From: Eledone cirrhosa | Taxonomy: Eukaryota | Assembly (NCBI GenBank): GCA_964016885.1 | Contig: OZ024744.1 | Location: 37,386,001-37,450,000 of the forward strand | DNA length: 64,000 nt | Reading direction: 5' to 3' | In this document: one piece after another, positions 40,568-54,024 of the stretch | Position numbering within the stretch: position 1 is the first letter of the stretch | How the letters are laid out: the number at the start of each line of letters is the position of its first letter | The notes under the pieces: generated by a model | Told to the model about the DNA's origin: nothing | Seen by the model: the letters and a program-made list of their open reading frames with translations, nothing else | Databases searched by the model: none | Program-made: the position numbers and the translations under genes

Positions 40568-41095
40568 TTACTCTTTTACTTGTTCCAGCCATCCGTGTGA
40601 GACCATGCTAGGACACCAACCTCGTTGCTACAAGTTCTCTCTCCAGCCTGTTTTAGCTGGCCATTGGTGAAAGAGGGTGTTCATTGCCGCTTCCCTTAGG
40701 TTACCTTCGTAACCTGGATAGCAGGATGTCATGATGTTTCTTGAAAACGTCCACGTCCACATCATGCAGCTTGTTAAAGAGTTGAGGGCCTTTGAAGCCC
40801 AGGGTATTGCTCCTTATTCTAGATGTGAAACACGGGACCTTTGGCACCACACAGTGACACCCTGTTCGGGGGTTGGTCCAGCTCTCAATGCCAAAGTTTG
40901 GTGCTAGTCTCTCCAGGATTTTCCATATGTATATCAATGCATATCTTTCCCGTCTTTATGCCAAGGCGTAGTGTTTCACTACATTTAGCCTCTCCCAGTA
41001 GCTTATCTCCTTCGTGGTGGCAAACCTCTTAGTGTAGCTTCGCTGGATTGCCTCAAGCTCCGTAATTAGTTTGACACAATGGGGTGACCACATAT
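40568..41095 (-). pseudogene. CR1-group LINE ORF2 C-terminus and 3' tail
   Basis: WSPH..ITELEAIQRSYTK..SYWERL..RRERY..IYIWKIL..GPQLFNKL..FKK. Confidence 0.85.
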
Positions 41096-41135
41096 AGAGC
41101 CCTCTTCTTTCCTTTGCTTTTTCTTCGGAATAACC

Positions 41136-41182
<47 letters not shown>

Positions 41183-41248
41183 CACAATACACACACACGC
41201 GCGCGCGCACACAAACACACATACACACGCATATATATATATAGAGAG

Positions 41249-41286
<38 letters not shown>

Positions 41287-41422
41287 TGTGTGGGTGTTCT
41301 TTCTCACACATTTCTTCTATTAATCTGGGGTCGATATTTGCCTAAACTATCTAGCTACAAAATTGACCTAGGCCCTAGGTGACCACCGATTGTGTTGTTA
41401 TTTCAGTTTACCTTTTACATAC

Positions 41423-41490
<68 letters not shown>

Positions 41491-41570
41491 GTAAATTAGC
41501 GAGAATCGTATTTCGGCTTAGGAATTAACGAAAAACAACTTCCGAGCGCTCGATGATATATACATATATA

Positions 41571-41680
<110 letters not shown>

Positions 41681-41882
41681 AATATTTATATATACATGCA
41701 TTTATACATTTATAAATATATATATATTATATATATATTTATATATATATTTATATATACATATATATATAATGTTATAACTCTAGGGTAATATACACTA
41801 TTGAGTGTTTAGCTGCAAACCGGGACTGCATTCGTTAGCTTGTTGGCTGCAACCAGAGCTTCGTTGATACTGTACTAAGTTT

Positions 41883-41926
<44 letters not shown>

Positions 41927-42120
41927 TATATGTGTGTGTGTGTGTGTGTTTGTATGTGTGTGTGCCTGTGTCTGTGTGTGTGTATGTGCGTGTGTGTGTG
42001 TGTGTGTGTATTTATATTTACATTTACAAATTTAAAATACTTATCATCTTCGTACTGAATGACATGAAGCTTGCGAGCAAAATAACTTTTAGAGTATGTA
42101 TGTATATATATATATATATA

Positions 42121-42258
42121 TAGTCCAGAATTAGCCGTCGAAACAGCTTGAGCTCAGCCGTCGGGGTCCTACTCGTTCCTATTACCCACTCTACTACCCT
42201 AAGTATTGAGTACTTTGGTGCGTTATGGTCCACCTGGTCCCTTACCACATTTTATTCG

Positions 42259-42260
<2 letters not shown>
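42121..42260 (+). mobile_element. HHR family C single-arm remnant
   Basis: Begins at TAGTCCAG, the same point as the fold-back axes of the other copies. Confidence 0.8.
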
Positions 42261-42333
<73 letters not shown>

Positions 42334-42462
42334 TAGAAGAGGTATTTATTTTGTTGGAAGTCCGACAAATATAAATGTTTATATTTAGAGCACTCAACAT
42401 ATTAGTGGAGGAAATATTCAGTGATATTAAATAAATGGAAACTATATTTATAAAACCATATT

Positions 42463-42525
42463 TATTTTATTATATATATTTCAAGGGTACCAAGACACAT
42501 TGGTACGCTTTCCTCAGATAAAATA
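42463..42525 (-). ncRNA. Hammerhead with (AU)n stem III (family D)
   Basis: UAUUUUAU-CUGAGGA-AAGCGUACCAA/UUGGUACCCUU-GAAAUAUAUAUA-AUAAAAUA. Confidence 0.8.
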
Positions 42526-43519
42526 CAAAGTTTGTTTTATAAATAGAGACATACCCATGAAAATCATACCTTATCGGTTGGATATTCACTGAATAGTGGA
42601 AATATATTAGGGATTTTTCAAACTTATGGGTGAATATGAAAATGAATATGTAAATAATTGAAAAACAACCGTTTATTTAAACGACTATGGAGAGAAAGAG
42701 AAGTGATAAGAGGAGAAGGATAAAATAGTGCGAGAGAGAGCAGAAAGAAACAAGAGAAAATGAATAAAAGCTCATATAACGTTAATTTGAGGGAAATATA
42801 TTCTAAGTATATATCATAATAGTACGTGTATTTACGATTATTAGTTGGTTAAAATTTGATTATAATATAATATGTTTCTTCTGTTATAAGTAGATAAAAA
42901 AATAAATAAATAAATAAATACATAAATAAATAAATAAATAAATAGATGGCTGTATCATGTTATAGATAATTGTTCTAATGAGTTATGAGGGATATTGGTT
43001 TTGTATTTAATGTAAATAAATATTAAGTTAAATTCAATTAAATTAACTGAGTTAAGAAGAATATTTATATTTACATGATTTAAAATTGGAATATACGGAA
43101 AAAACTCCGGTTTAATTTATTTATTCGTTAGTGTGAGACTATTTAGTCAAAATAAGTATAGATGTTGAAAGATATATTAAGCCAGAATCACTTAGTGGTT
43201 ATAAATCTATTGAAAAAATATAGAACAAATATTGATAAAGTATTGAAAAAATATTGAAAAAGTATTGAAAAAATATTTTAAAAATTGAGAAAACTTTTTA
43301 AAAAAGTAATTTATAAGAGATAAGTAATTTTTAAAGAAATAAAAATTAAAGAAATAAAATTTATTAAAATTAAAATTTAAAAAAAATTAGAATTATATAC
43401 GTATATATTTTATGAAACTTTAAGAAGTGGAATTACAGCAAATGCTATAGATATGATTTAGAGATATCAATATATTAAAACCAAGTGGATGAGATCGTTA
43501 TGGAAATAAGTAGAAATAT

Positions 43520-43988
43520 TATAAGTATAATTATTCTGAATGTTGAATCCTGGCGATGTCTACAAGAATTAAATAAATTCGTTCTTAGATTAATAGAGAT
43601 TTTACATTTAAGTATGTAAAACATTTCCTCAATACACAATTTGCAGAATCTAGATAAAGCTGTGTTTCGGGTGTTTTTAAATATGTTTCCCAAGCTAATG
43701 GATAGTCCATATTCTTGCATTTTAACTTCCATATCAGGTTTGAAAGAGAAGTTGAAGATTTGTTATCAAATTTTCGGAAAGAACAATTGTCCTTTACAAA
43801 ATAAGTGTTTAGATAAAAACGTGGTCTATAAATGCACAGTTAAAACCAGTGATAATATATTTAACTATGTCGGTGCAACTTCTACAGAATTTAAAAGTCG
43901 CTGGAATACCCACAATTGTTCTTTCCGAAGATTTGATAAAATATCTTCAACTTCTCTTTCAAACCTGATATGGAACTTAAAATTTAAG
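43520..43988. pseudogene. Second Neptune-type PLE GIY-YIG domain split by an inversion
   Basis: Plus strand: CPLQNKC..VVYKC..YVGAT..FKSRW.TH..SF..TSLSNLIW. Minus strand: TSLSNLIWKLK..W..CKLCIEE..INLR..SCRH. Confidence 0.85.
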
Positions 43989-44002
43989 TAATATTTATAT
44001 AC

Positions 44003-44085
<83 letters not shown>

Positions 44086-44215
44086 GTTATGTAATAAACA
44101 ACATGAGATAATTATTTCATTTACCAATGGTTTCATAACTAAAGAGCTATGTAGTCTACATAGAGCATTCTCCTTTCCTTTACCTTTACTACAGAAACAA
44201 CTCATATTTATATAT

Positions 44216-44423
44216 AACGAAGGAGTTGTGGTAAAGAACTAGATGGACCAAAACGCACCAGAGTACTCAATACTTAGGGTAGTAGAGTGGGTAATAGGAG
44301 AAAGTATGACCCCGACGGCAGAGCTCAAGCCGTTTCGACGGGTATTTCTGGACTAAACTCTTACTTTAGTCCAGAAATAGCCGTCGAAACGGCTTGGGCT
44401 CTGCCGTCGGGTTCATACTTTCT

Positions 44424-44428
<5 letters not shown>
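44216..44428 (-). mobile_element. HHR family C remnant with a 135-bp hairpin (44294-44428)
   Basis: 7-nt loop at 44358-44364. Confidence 0.85.
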
Positions 44429-44507
<79 letters not shown>

Positions 44508-44635
44508 CTTAGGGTAAACATTGATGCAATTCAATTCAAGCACTCAACGTATTTTTTCCACATAGGAGTGACGGAGTAAATATCGAATAAGGAAAAGCGA
44601 AGTAGTTTCAGATGTTCAAGTCTTTTAATAATAAT

Positions 44636-44709
44636 GCTGTGATCTATATTTCAATGGCGACACTGGCCACACTGTTCTGTGCGCCAGTGTCGGGACATCG
44701 TCAGACAGC
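44636..44709 (-). ncRNA. Hammerhead with long GC-rich stem II
   Basis: GCUGU-CUGACGA-..CGACACUGGC../..GCCAGUGUCG..-GAAAU-AUAG-AUC-ACAGC. Confidence 0.75.
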
Positions 44710-45705
44710 TTGTTACATAATAAGGTTATGTTTCCGACGCAATCCAAATTGAATCGACATGGGAACGGACGAAGTGTGTGCTTTTGGGTTCCTCATCCGT
44801 TCCCCTGTGAGTACCAATTCACCCCCACCGGTCTGCGCAGGAGCATATCCGAAGGAAGTTGACCATTAGCTACCGCAGATTTCAACGAAATTCGCTTAGT
44901 CAGTTCCCCCTCTCAGCCAAACTATGACCCATTCAGGCTTGTACCATAGTTTACTGCTACCCATCCCGACTGTGGAGGTCAGCCGAAAGCCAGAGGGGAT
45001 CGGAGAGTGTTAGTTTTTACAGGTCACAATACTACCTCTCACCAAGCATGGACAGTACAACTGACCATCAACCTCTAAGAGAAAATATAATTAATTCTAG
45101 GTATCATGGTTATACATTGGAAGTTATGAGTGAGAGTTGGAATAAAAATTAAAATTTAAAATCGAAAATTCTAAATCAAATATCAGAAATTATAAATTAA
45201 AAAGATAAAAAGTAAACAATTAGAAATTAAAAAGTTTTATAGTGAGAATCCAGATTGAGGTGAGTAAAAAAATATAGATTGAAGTGAGTAAATAATATGG
45301 AGAGAGATGTTTAAGTAAGAAGTTCTGAGAGGGGTTATAATGTCACAGTTACACTATCCAGATCTTGAACGATAGTGCCGTACATTAGAACGGGGGGTAA
45401 ACTACAGTATTACGGGTAGTAGTCAATCTGGTACACGGTCATAATTTTCATCACATGGAACAAAACCCCCCAAAAATCAGACATACAGTACACAAAAGAA
45501 AAGAAACAATAATGAATAAATACAAAAACACAGAGTACATATATGCAAAATGATCCATATGATTGTCAATTTGTCAATGTATAGATTGAATTGATGGGGC
45601 TTCTGTTCAAATGCGATTTGGTGCTGGAAAATAGGGGTTTATCTTAGTTTTTGTTTCCGCGTATTTATCCTGCCAAAAGTTATTATTATGTCCGTCCTCT
45701 GTCAT

Positions 45706-45746
<41 letters not shown>

Positions 45747-45781
45747 TTGAAAATTGCAAACTTGACTGCCACCACACATTA

Positions 45782-45820
45782 TGAACCTGAAGATTACGAA
45801 AGCATGAAAGTACTTGTTCA
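45782..45820 (+). ncRNA. Minimal hammerhead
   Basis: UGAAC-CUGAAGA-UUAC GAAA GCAU-GAAAG-UA-CUU-GUUCA; stem III is the palindrome AGUACU. Confidence 0.65.
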
Positions 45821-45983
45821 ATTAACTCTTAACATTTAATATTCTACCATACTATTTCATTCCAATACCATTATAAATTTTAAAGGATTGTAAATAAAAC
45901 GAGTAAATCAGACAAAGTTGGAATTCCTTTTAATATAATCTTCTATACACAATCACATGTATATTTATCTCTCTATCTATCTA

Positions 45984-46026
<43 letters not shown>

Positions 46027-46028
<2 letters not shown>

Positions 46029-46633
46029 TGTCTGCCAACTCGTTTTCGAGTACGGCCACTACTTTATATCCATGTAGGAGAACCCCTACCGATGCGCTGA
46101 ACGAGTGTGACTTTTTAGTCCAGCCAGCGACTTGAAACTCTGGTACAAACACTACACTTGTGACAATTATTGACACATAGTGCTGGGCCCATGGTACCAT
46201 CTGACGACAAGTGCAGAGAAATCTCCAGATATAAAGCAATGCCTGTGCCGTGAAGCATTTATAGTGAGCAAAGGCACTGCACAAAGCCAGTCCCACTATC
46301 TTAACCAAGATGATATTTACCAAAAAGAAGAACAAGTCAACATCATTGGATACCATCAGGGTTGCAGGTGATATATCAGAGTTTTCTTTCTCCTAGAATT
46401 CTGCCTTAACAAAGGCTAAGGGGTCATCTCTCCCGGTGATTTTGGATGACCATTGACTCTTAAGAGCTCCTTTGCCCTTTGACAGGTTTTGTTTTTAGTC
46501 CTGAAGGATGTCCTAAGTCACCCTCCTCACCAAGAAATCTTGGTGGGGTTGCCAGTTTAGTCGCCAACGACCCGATCATGAGACAGGTTGTACTGGGATA
46601 CATGTTACCAGTAGCATCAACTGGTGACCTGAC
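46027..46633 (-). mobile_element. RTE-like 5' UTR / non-autonomous element with a possible HDV-like ribozyme
   Basis: CTAGGAGAAAGAAAACTCTG and GGCGACTAAA motifs, recalled from RTE 5' regions. Confidence 0.45.
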
Positions 46634-46642
46634 ATAATATAT

Positions 46643-46756
<114 letters not shown>

Positions 46757-46860
46757 CATACTCTGAAAGTTATTTTGCTCACAAGCTTCAAGTCATTGAG
46801 TACGAAGACGATAAGTATTTTTCTATTTGTAAATATAAATATAAACACACACACACTCAC

Positions 46861-46997
<137 letters not shown>

Positions 46998-47056
46998 TAT
47001 ATATATATAAATATATATATAAATATATATATATAAATACATATATAAAAATATAT

Positions 47057-47110
<54 letters not shown>

Positions 47111-47114
<4 letters not shown>

Positions 47115-47476
47115 GAAAGTGTGGTTTTTTTTTAACAAAATGAAAAATAACCGAGGTGTCCTACACGAGTGGAAGTATAAAGAAAAAGGGATGAAATCGA
47201 AAATGCAACTGAAGTCTTATTTTTTTAAAAAATATATATATTTATTTGGTTCCTTTACCGGTTTCGCAGTTCTTCTGCTTTTCAAAAGGTGAGTTGAGAT
47301 GGAGGGTCTGTGGTTTTTCTCACATCTTGTGAGAAAAACTACAGACCCTCCATCTCAACTCACCTTTTGAAAAGCAGAAGAACTGCGAAACCGGTAAAGG
47401 AACCAAATAAATATATATATTTTTTAAAAAAATAAGACTTCAGTTGCATTTTCGATTTCATCCCTTTTTCTTTATA
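47111..47476. mobile_element. HHR family B: 301-bp near-perfect palindrome (47176-47476) with two divergent intact hammerheads
   Basis: HHRs at 47252-47289(-) and 47363-47400(+); axis at 47326. Confidence 0.9.
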
Positions 47477-47494
47477 TATATATATATATATATA

Positions 47495-47666
47495 CGTTAT
47501 TCCGGGTTGAATCGGAGGTAACCACAGTAAGTAAGGTACTCAATACATAGTAGAGTATACAAGTTTTAATATAGATGAGATCCTACAGGACTAGAACTGT
47601 TTCATTCTTTAGAAATCATCAGGAATCTGATGATTTCTAAAGAATGAAACAGTTCTAGTCCTGTAG
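47495..47666. mobile_element. HHR family E remnant: 84-bp hairpin of two hammerhead cores
   Basis: 47583-47666, with loop GAAT directly before CUGAUGA-UUUC/GAAU-GAAAC..GUC. Confidence 0.75.
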
Positions 47667-47700
47667 AATATATATATATATATATATACATATACTATAT

Positions 47701-47794
<94 letters not shown>

Positions 47795-47994
47795 TATATA
47801 GAAATTACAGGAATCAAAGTTCTGTTCAAACTATTTTTCGCTTACAATTGTTTCTTCCAAACCGGAGCAATTTTTCAATGACTGTTTACATACATAACCT
47901 CCTTTGCAACACAAGAGACATACAGAAACATATGATTATATTGATAAATATGTATATATTGATATATTGAATAAATTTATATATATATATATAT

Positions 47995-48085
<91 letters not shown>

Positions 48086-48615
48086 TATATATATATTTAA
48101 ATAAAGTATGAATATTTTTAAACAAAACCAACTAACCAACCAAACCAACAAATAAACAAACAAACAATTGAACAAAACAACAAACAAACACTGTTTATTT
48201 ACTTTGAATTGCAGTACAATTGCGAAACATTACTTGTTGTAAAGCTCTTAAGTACTGGAACAAATGCTTTCATTATACATTATTGTAAGTTATCTTACAT
48301 TCCGTAGCCTAACTTCAAATTTTTTTATCATGTATTTTCTTATGTTGATATTACCTGTTGAATTTAACGTTAATCAGCTTTAATTAAATAAAGTATATTT
48401 CATATCATTTGTCTTTCTACTAACATCAGATAAGTACAAATGTCACTAAGTTCTTTATTATTTATTATAATTTCATTTTTCTTCATATTTATATTTATTT
48501 TAATTTTCTATTTAAAATTTTTTTAAAAACTGTATTCAGTATTCATATGGTCGACGGAAATTACCTACATTGTCACTATGTATATGTATGTGCGTATGTG
48601 TAAATATATATATAT

Positions 48616-48664
<49 letters not shown>

Positions 48665-48861
48665 ATATATATATATATACATAATATATATATATTTATA
48701 GACATATACATTATATATATATATATATATATTTCTGTAAATATATATATATATATATACATATATATTTAAAGACATATACATTATATATATATATTTA
48801 TTTATTGTATATATATATATATATTTACAGAAACGCACACGCACACACGTATATATGCATG

Positions 48862-48946
<85 letters not shown>

Positions 48947-49401
48947 GGTGGGGACGTGTGTGTGTGTATATATATATATATACATGAATTTTGAAATAAG
49001 TCAACTCGATGCTAAATTTCAAAATCTAAATTTTCCTATGCATCTTATACCAATCGGATATTTACCCCCCCCCCCCCCCCACACACACACACAGAAACAT
49101 AAGCCGGCATAAACACATAGGCAGTGTCTCATAACGACATATAAACGTATTTACATGCTACGATTGGTACACACAAATAAGATGTTAGCATATATACACG
49201 CACACACTCACAGTTAGATCGACACACACATACATATATACAGACAGTGGCTCACACTGAACAGACACAATGTACTCACAACATTAATGACTGACACAGA
49301 CGGTTTTAATCCCCTTTGCTTACTTTTTATATATTCGTAATATGATATCAGTAAATCAACTCACCTCCTGTATCACATGATCATGATGATCATCTATACA
49401 G

Positions 49402-50541
49402 CAGGGGTGTGCAAGATATTCCATTGTGGGGCCACTTTTGAACATTGGAACAACTATTAGGGCCAGTAATACTTATTAAGTACTATTCCAAAGATTCACC
49501 ACAACTTCTTTCCATAACATGGAAGAACTGGGAAATTATAACACACATAACCCTATCAATGAAGCCCTTTAGTATAGGTCAACTGGGAAATTATAACACA
49601 CATAACCCTATCAGTGAAGCCCTTTAGTATAGGTCAACTGGGAAATTATAACACACATAACCCTATCAGTGAAGCCCTTTAGTATAGGTCAACTGGGAAA
49701 TTATAACACACATAACCCTATCAATGAAGCCCTTTAGTATAGGTCAACTGGGAAATTATAACACACATAACCCTATCAATGAAGCCCTTTAGTATAGGTC
49801 AACTGGGAAATTATAACACACATAACCCTATCAGTGAAGCCCTTTAGTATAGGTCAACTGGGAAATTATAACACACATGACCCTATCAGTGAAGCCCTTT
49901 AGTATAGGTCAACTGGGAAATTATAACACACATAACCCTATCAGTGAAGCCCTTTAGTATAGGTCAACTGGGAAATTATAACACACATGACCCTATCAGT
50001 GAAGCCCTTTAGTATAGGTCAACTGGGAAATTATAACACACATAACCCTATCAGTGAAGCCCTTTAGTATAGGTCAACTGGGAAATTATAACACACATGA
50101 CCCTATCAGTGAAGCCCTTTAGTATAGGTCAACTGGGAAATTATAACACACATAACCCTATCAGTGAAGCCCTTTAGTATAGGTCAACTGGGAAATTATA
50201 ACACACATGACCCTATCAGTGAAGCCCTTTAGTATAGGTCAACTGGGAAATTATAACACACATAACCCTATCAGTGAAGCCCTTTAGTATAGGTCAACTG
50301 GGAAATTATAACACACATGACCCTATCAGTGAAGCCCTTTAGTATAGGTCAACTGGGAAATTATAACACACATGACCCTATCAGTGAAGCCCTTTAGTAT
50401 AGGTCAACTAACAGAAAATTGTATTACGGTTACGAAAAAAATTCTAAATAAGCATATAAGGTAAAAATTAAAAACGGTCATCGCGGCGACTCTGACTGGC
50501 GGGCCGGATGGTGGCCCACGAGTCGCTTGTTGTACATATGA
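49402..50541. mobile_element. Probable non-autonomous hAT element
   Basis: Left end CAGGGGTGTGCAA..GGGCCAC; right subterminal GCGGGCCGGATGGTGGCCC..TTGTACA. TSD not clear. Confidence 0.5.
49526..50409. repeat. 55-bp minisatellite x16
   Basis: AACTGGGAAATTATAACACACAT(A/G)ACCCTATCA(G/A)TGAAGCCCTTTAGTATAGGTC. Confidence 0.97.
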
Positions 50542-50849
50542 TCTAATCGATATGTTATATTGGAATAGGATCTAAGGGATACATCCTAAAAATAAATATA
50601 TAAACGTTGGACTCATTAATCTAGGTTTTCTTAAGAAAAATGTTTTTTTTTTAGTTGCCAGATCCATCTAACCTGGAATGCCTGCAAAATTTCTGAGATG
50701 GTATTTCTTGATAACCAAGAATATAAACAAATCTGACTAAAGTGTAAAAAAAGACTCAATGTACTTCAGAATTATGACAGTACTCCCACGAATAGAATAA
50801 AAATAGACAGTTTTTTCTTGATCTTTCTTTTGTAAATGCAATGTTTGAA

Positions 50850-51600
50850 CCAGGGCAGAGTCTGATTAAACACGGTCTCAATAACTTCTGGTGTACATGG
50901 CGTGGATAGGAAATTCGGCTTTAGATGTTAAAAGTCCTACCTTGTGAAGGTAGATTCTGGCTGACTCATGTACGCTGCATGGACTGAATCTCTGTGAAGG
51001 ACCCAAAGCAATGGCAATCTGGAATGTTCGTCCCAATTACCAATAAAGGTGATAAAAGAGGTTGTTCTAATTATAGAGGAATCTTCCTGTTAAACCTCCC
51101 CGGTAAAATCTATACTAAGTGCCTGAAAAGAAATGTAGGGCTATTGTCGAGACCAAGCTAACAGACAAACAGAGGAGATTTGACACATGATGTAGTACAC
51201 CTGACAAAATATTCCCTCTGCGACAAATCCTAGAAATATCGAAAAGTCATGACAGCGTTCCACCGGATTTGTTGAAGAAGGTTTCGCATGAGTATTTGAT
51301 CGGCGGAGAGAGTTGTAATATATTCAAGTCCCTAAACGACTGCTCTAGTATTTTGATCTGGATTAAGGGCCCCAAGTCAAAACCGTTCGGTGGTGTGAGT
51401 GTCAGATTCCTTTAAGGGTCCATACTTTCACCTCTTTGGTTCATGATACGGTTTAGAAGTGATATCAAACATGGCAGGTCTAGCAACAGTCGGTTGGGAA
51501 GTACTGATAATATTGTGCTACTCAACTCGCCGGAAGGGGATCTTCAACACACACTGGATAGGTTTGCTGCTGAGTGCTGCACCACAAGAATGGAATTTTT
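50850..51600 (+). pseudogene. RTE-clade LINE RT remnant
   Basis: WQSG..VPI..KGDKRGCSNYRGI.LLNLPGKIY..C; DKIFPLRQILE. Confidence 0.7.
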
Positions 51601-51958
51601 TTACTCATAATTTGACGATAACTAATATTTTTTTATACAGGGGAGGTTAAAAAAAATAGGTCACCACGCCTACCGCCCCCACCGATCTCTTTTTCTCTCA
51701 CTTTCATATAACCTCTCTTTCTACTTATCTCATTCTGGCTCCCTCTCTCGCACACCATCTCTCTCATTCTCTTATTCTCACACTCTCTCGTTCACATCTC
51801 ACTCTGGTTCCCTCTCTTACACAGCATCTCTCCCTCTCTCTCTCTCTACCTCTCACTCTCTCTCATTCACACACAAAACACAAGCACACATACACACGGA
51901 TAAACAGAAGCACACACATACACAGACAAATACAAGCACACACACACACATACACACA

Positions 51959-52051
<93 letters not shown>

Positions 52052-52329
52052 ACATACACACACACACATACACACACACACACACAAGCACACACTCTTA
52101 CCATGCGTTTTCCATCAAGACGTGAGATTAACAATTAAAAAAGTACACTATTTACTACCGCCACCAGCGTTCTCATTCTCGGTCTCTCTGAGAGAAACTC
52201 TCACTTTTACCATCCCCGTTCCTCAGCCTGACAGACTTTTTACACGACACGTATTCTGTTGTTAACACCTTAATATAATTGATAACAATAATATTAATAA
52301 CACCAACAAATAATAACACTGTTGATAGG

Positions 52330-52840
52330 TATGATGGTGATGATGGTGATGATGGTGATGATGGTGACGATGGTGATGGTGATGATGATGGTGACGATGA
52401 CGATGTTGGTGATGTTGGTGATGATGGTGATGATTGTGATGATGGTGATGATGGTGATGATGGTGATGATGGTGATGGTGATGGTGATGATGACGATGAC
52501 GATGTAATTGATGATGAGGACGACGACGATGTTGACGATGACGATGTAATAGATGTTGATGGTGATGCTGGTGGTGATGATAATGGTGTTGATGGTGATG
52601 GTGATGATGATAATGTTTACGATGATGATGTATGTAACTGATGATGGTAATGGTGATGAAGGGAATGATGATGATGGTGATGATGATGGTGATGATGACG
52701 ATGTTGACGATGACGATGTAATTGATGATGGTGATAGTGATGGTGATGATGACAACGGTGATGATGATGATGGTGATGATGATGGTGTTGATGATGAGGA
52801 TGGTGATAGTGATGGCTATGATGATGATGATGATGATACA
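52330..52840. repeat. (GAT/GGT)n array
   Basis: Direct reading. Confidence 0.95.
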
Positions 52841-52938
52841 ATGAATAGCTAGGAGGTAATTCCGTTACATTTTTTTTTCGTGTGATTACGCCATAGTTAC
52901 AAATTGAATGCCTACTAGCTATTGATTACATCTGTATT

Positions 52939-53066
<128 letters not shown>

Positions 53067-53067
53067 G

Positions 53068-53124
<57 letters not shown>

Positions 53125-54024
53125 ATATATATATATATACATACATATATGTATCTATGTATATATATATACACATATATATATATATATACACACACAT
53201 ATATATATATATAAATAAACACACACACACACGCGCACATACACACACACAAGCACACACACATATATATATATATAATATAATATTTTATTTTATATAC
53301 AAATACTAAATCACACACAGACACACAGACACACACACAGACACACAGACACACAGACACACACACACACACACACACACTGATATACACACCTACGGAG
53401 TGAGAAATATAGATAGGGGGAGGTGAGAGATATAGTTAGGTATGTAGACGCACCTCTTGAGAAATATTGTAACGCCCATTCGTAGCAGAAGGTGAAAAGA
53501 AATTTCTGAATTCTGGAAAATATTAAATTTCTATTCTCCCTCTCTCTCTCCATCTCTCTCTATCCCTCTCTCTCCCTCCCACTCTCTCTCTCCCACTCTC
53601 TCCCTCTCTCCCTCTCTCTCTCTCTATTTCTATATATATATAGAGAGAGAGAGATAATTATAATATGTATATACGTATATATTTATGTGTGTGTATATAT
53701 ATATATATGCGTGTATATATATATATATGTATATAGTTGAAGTAGGATACTCAGATACAGGTGTGATATATAAAATATGGTTAGTATTGAGAACATACAA
53801 ATAAGAAAGTAATTTCTTCAAGTGTTGCGTTCAATGACAGAAGAAAGATTTGAGAAAAATTTTTTTTCGCAGGTGGAATCTTAACTAATTTCCGCCTTTG
53901 ACGAAAGGTTAGCAACGATTTACAACCACGCAATTATTGTATAGGTTTCATTGTTGTTATTATCATTATAATATTATTCAGATTATTATTATTATTATTA
54001 TTGATATTATTTCATTATTATATG

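Noticed and set aside
49526-50409. CRISPR-like regular repeat
   Set aside because: No unique spacers and no cas genes, in a eukaryotic context; it is a plain minisatellite.
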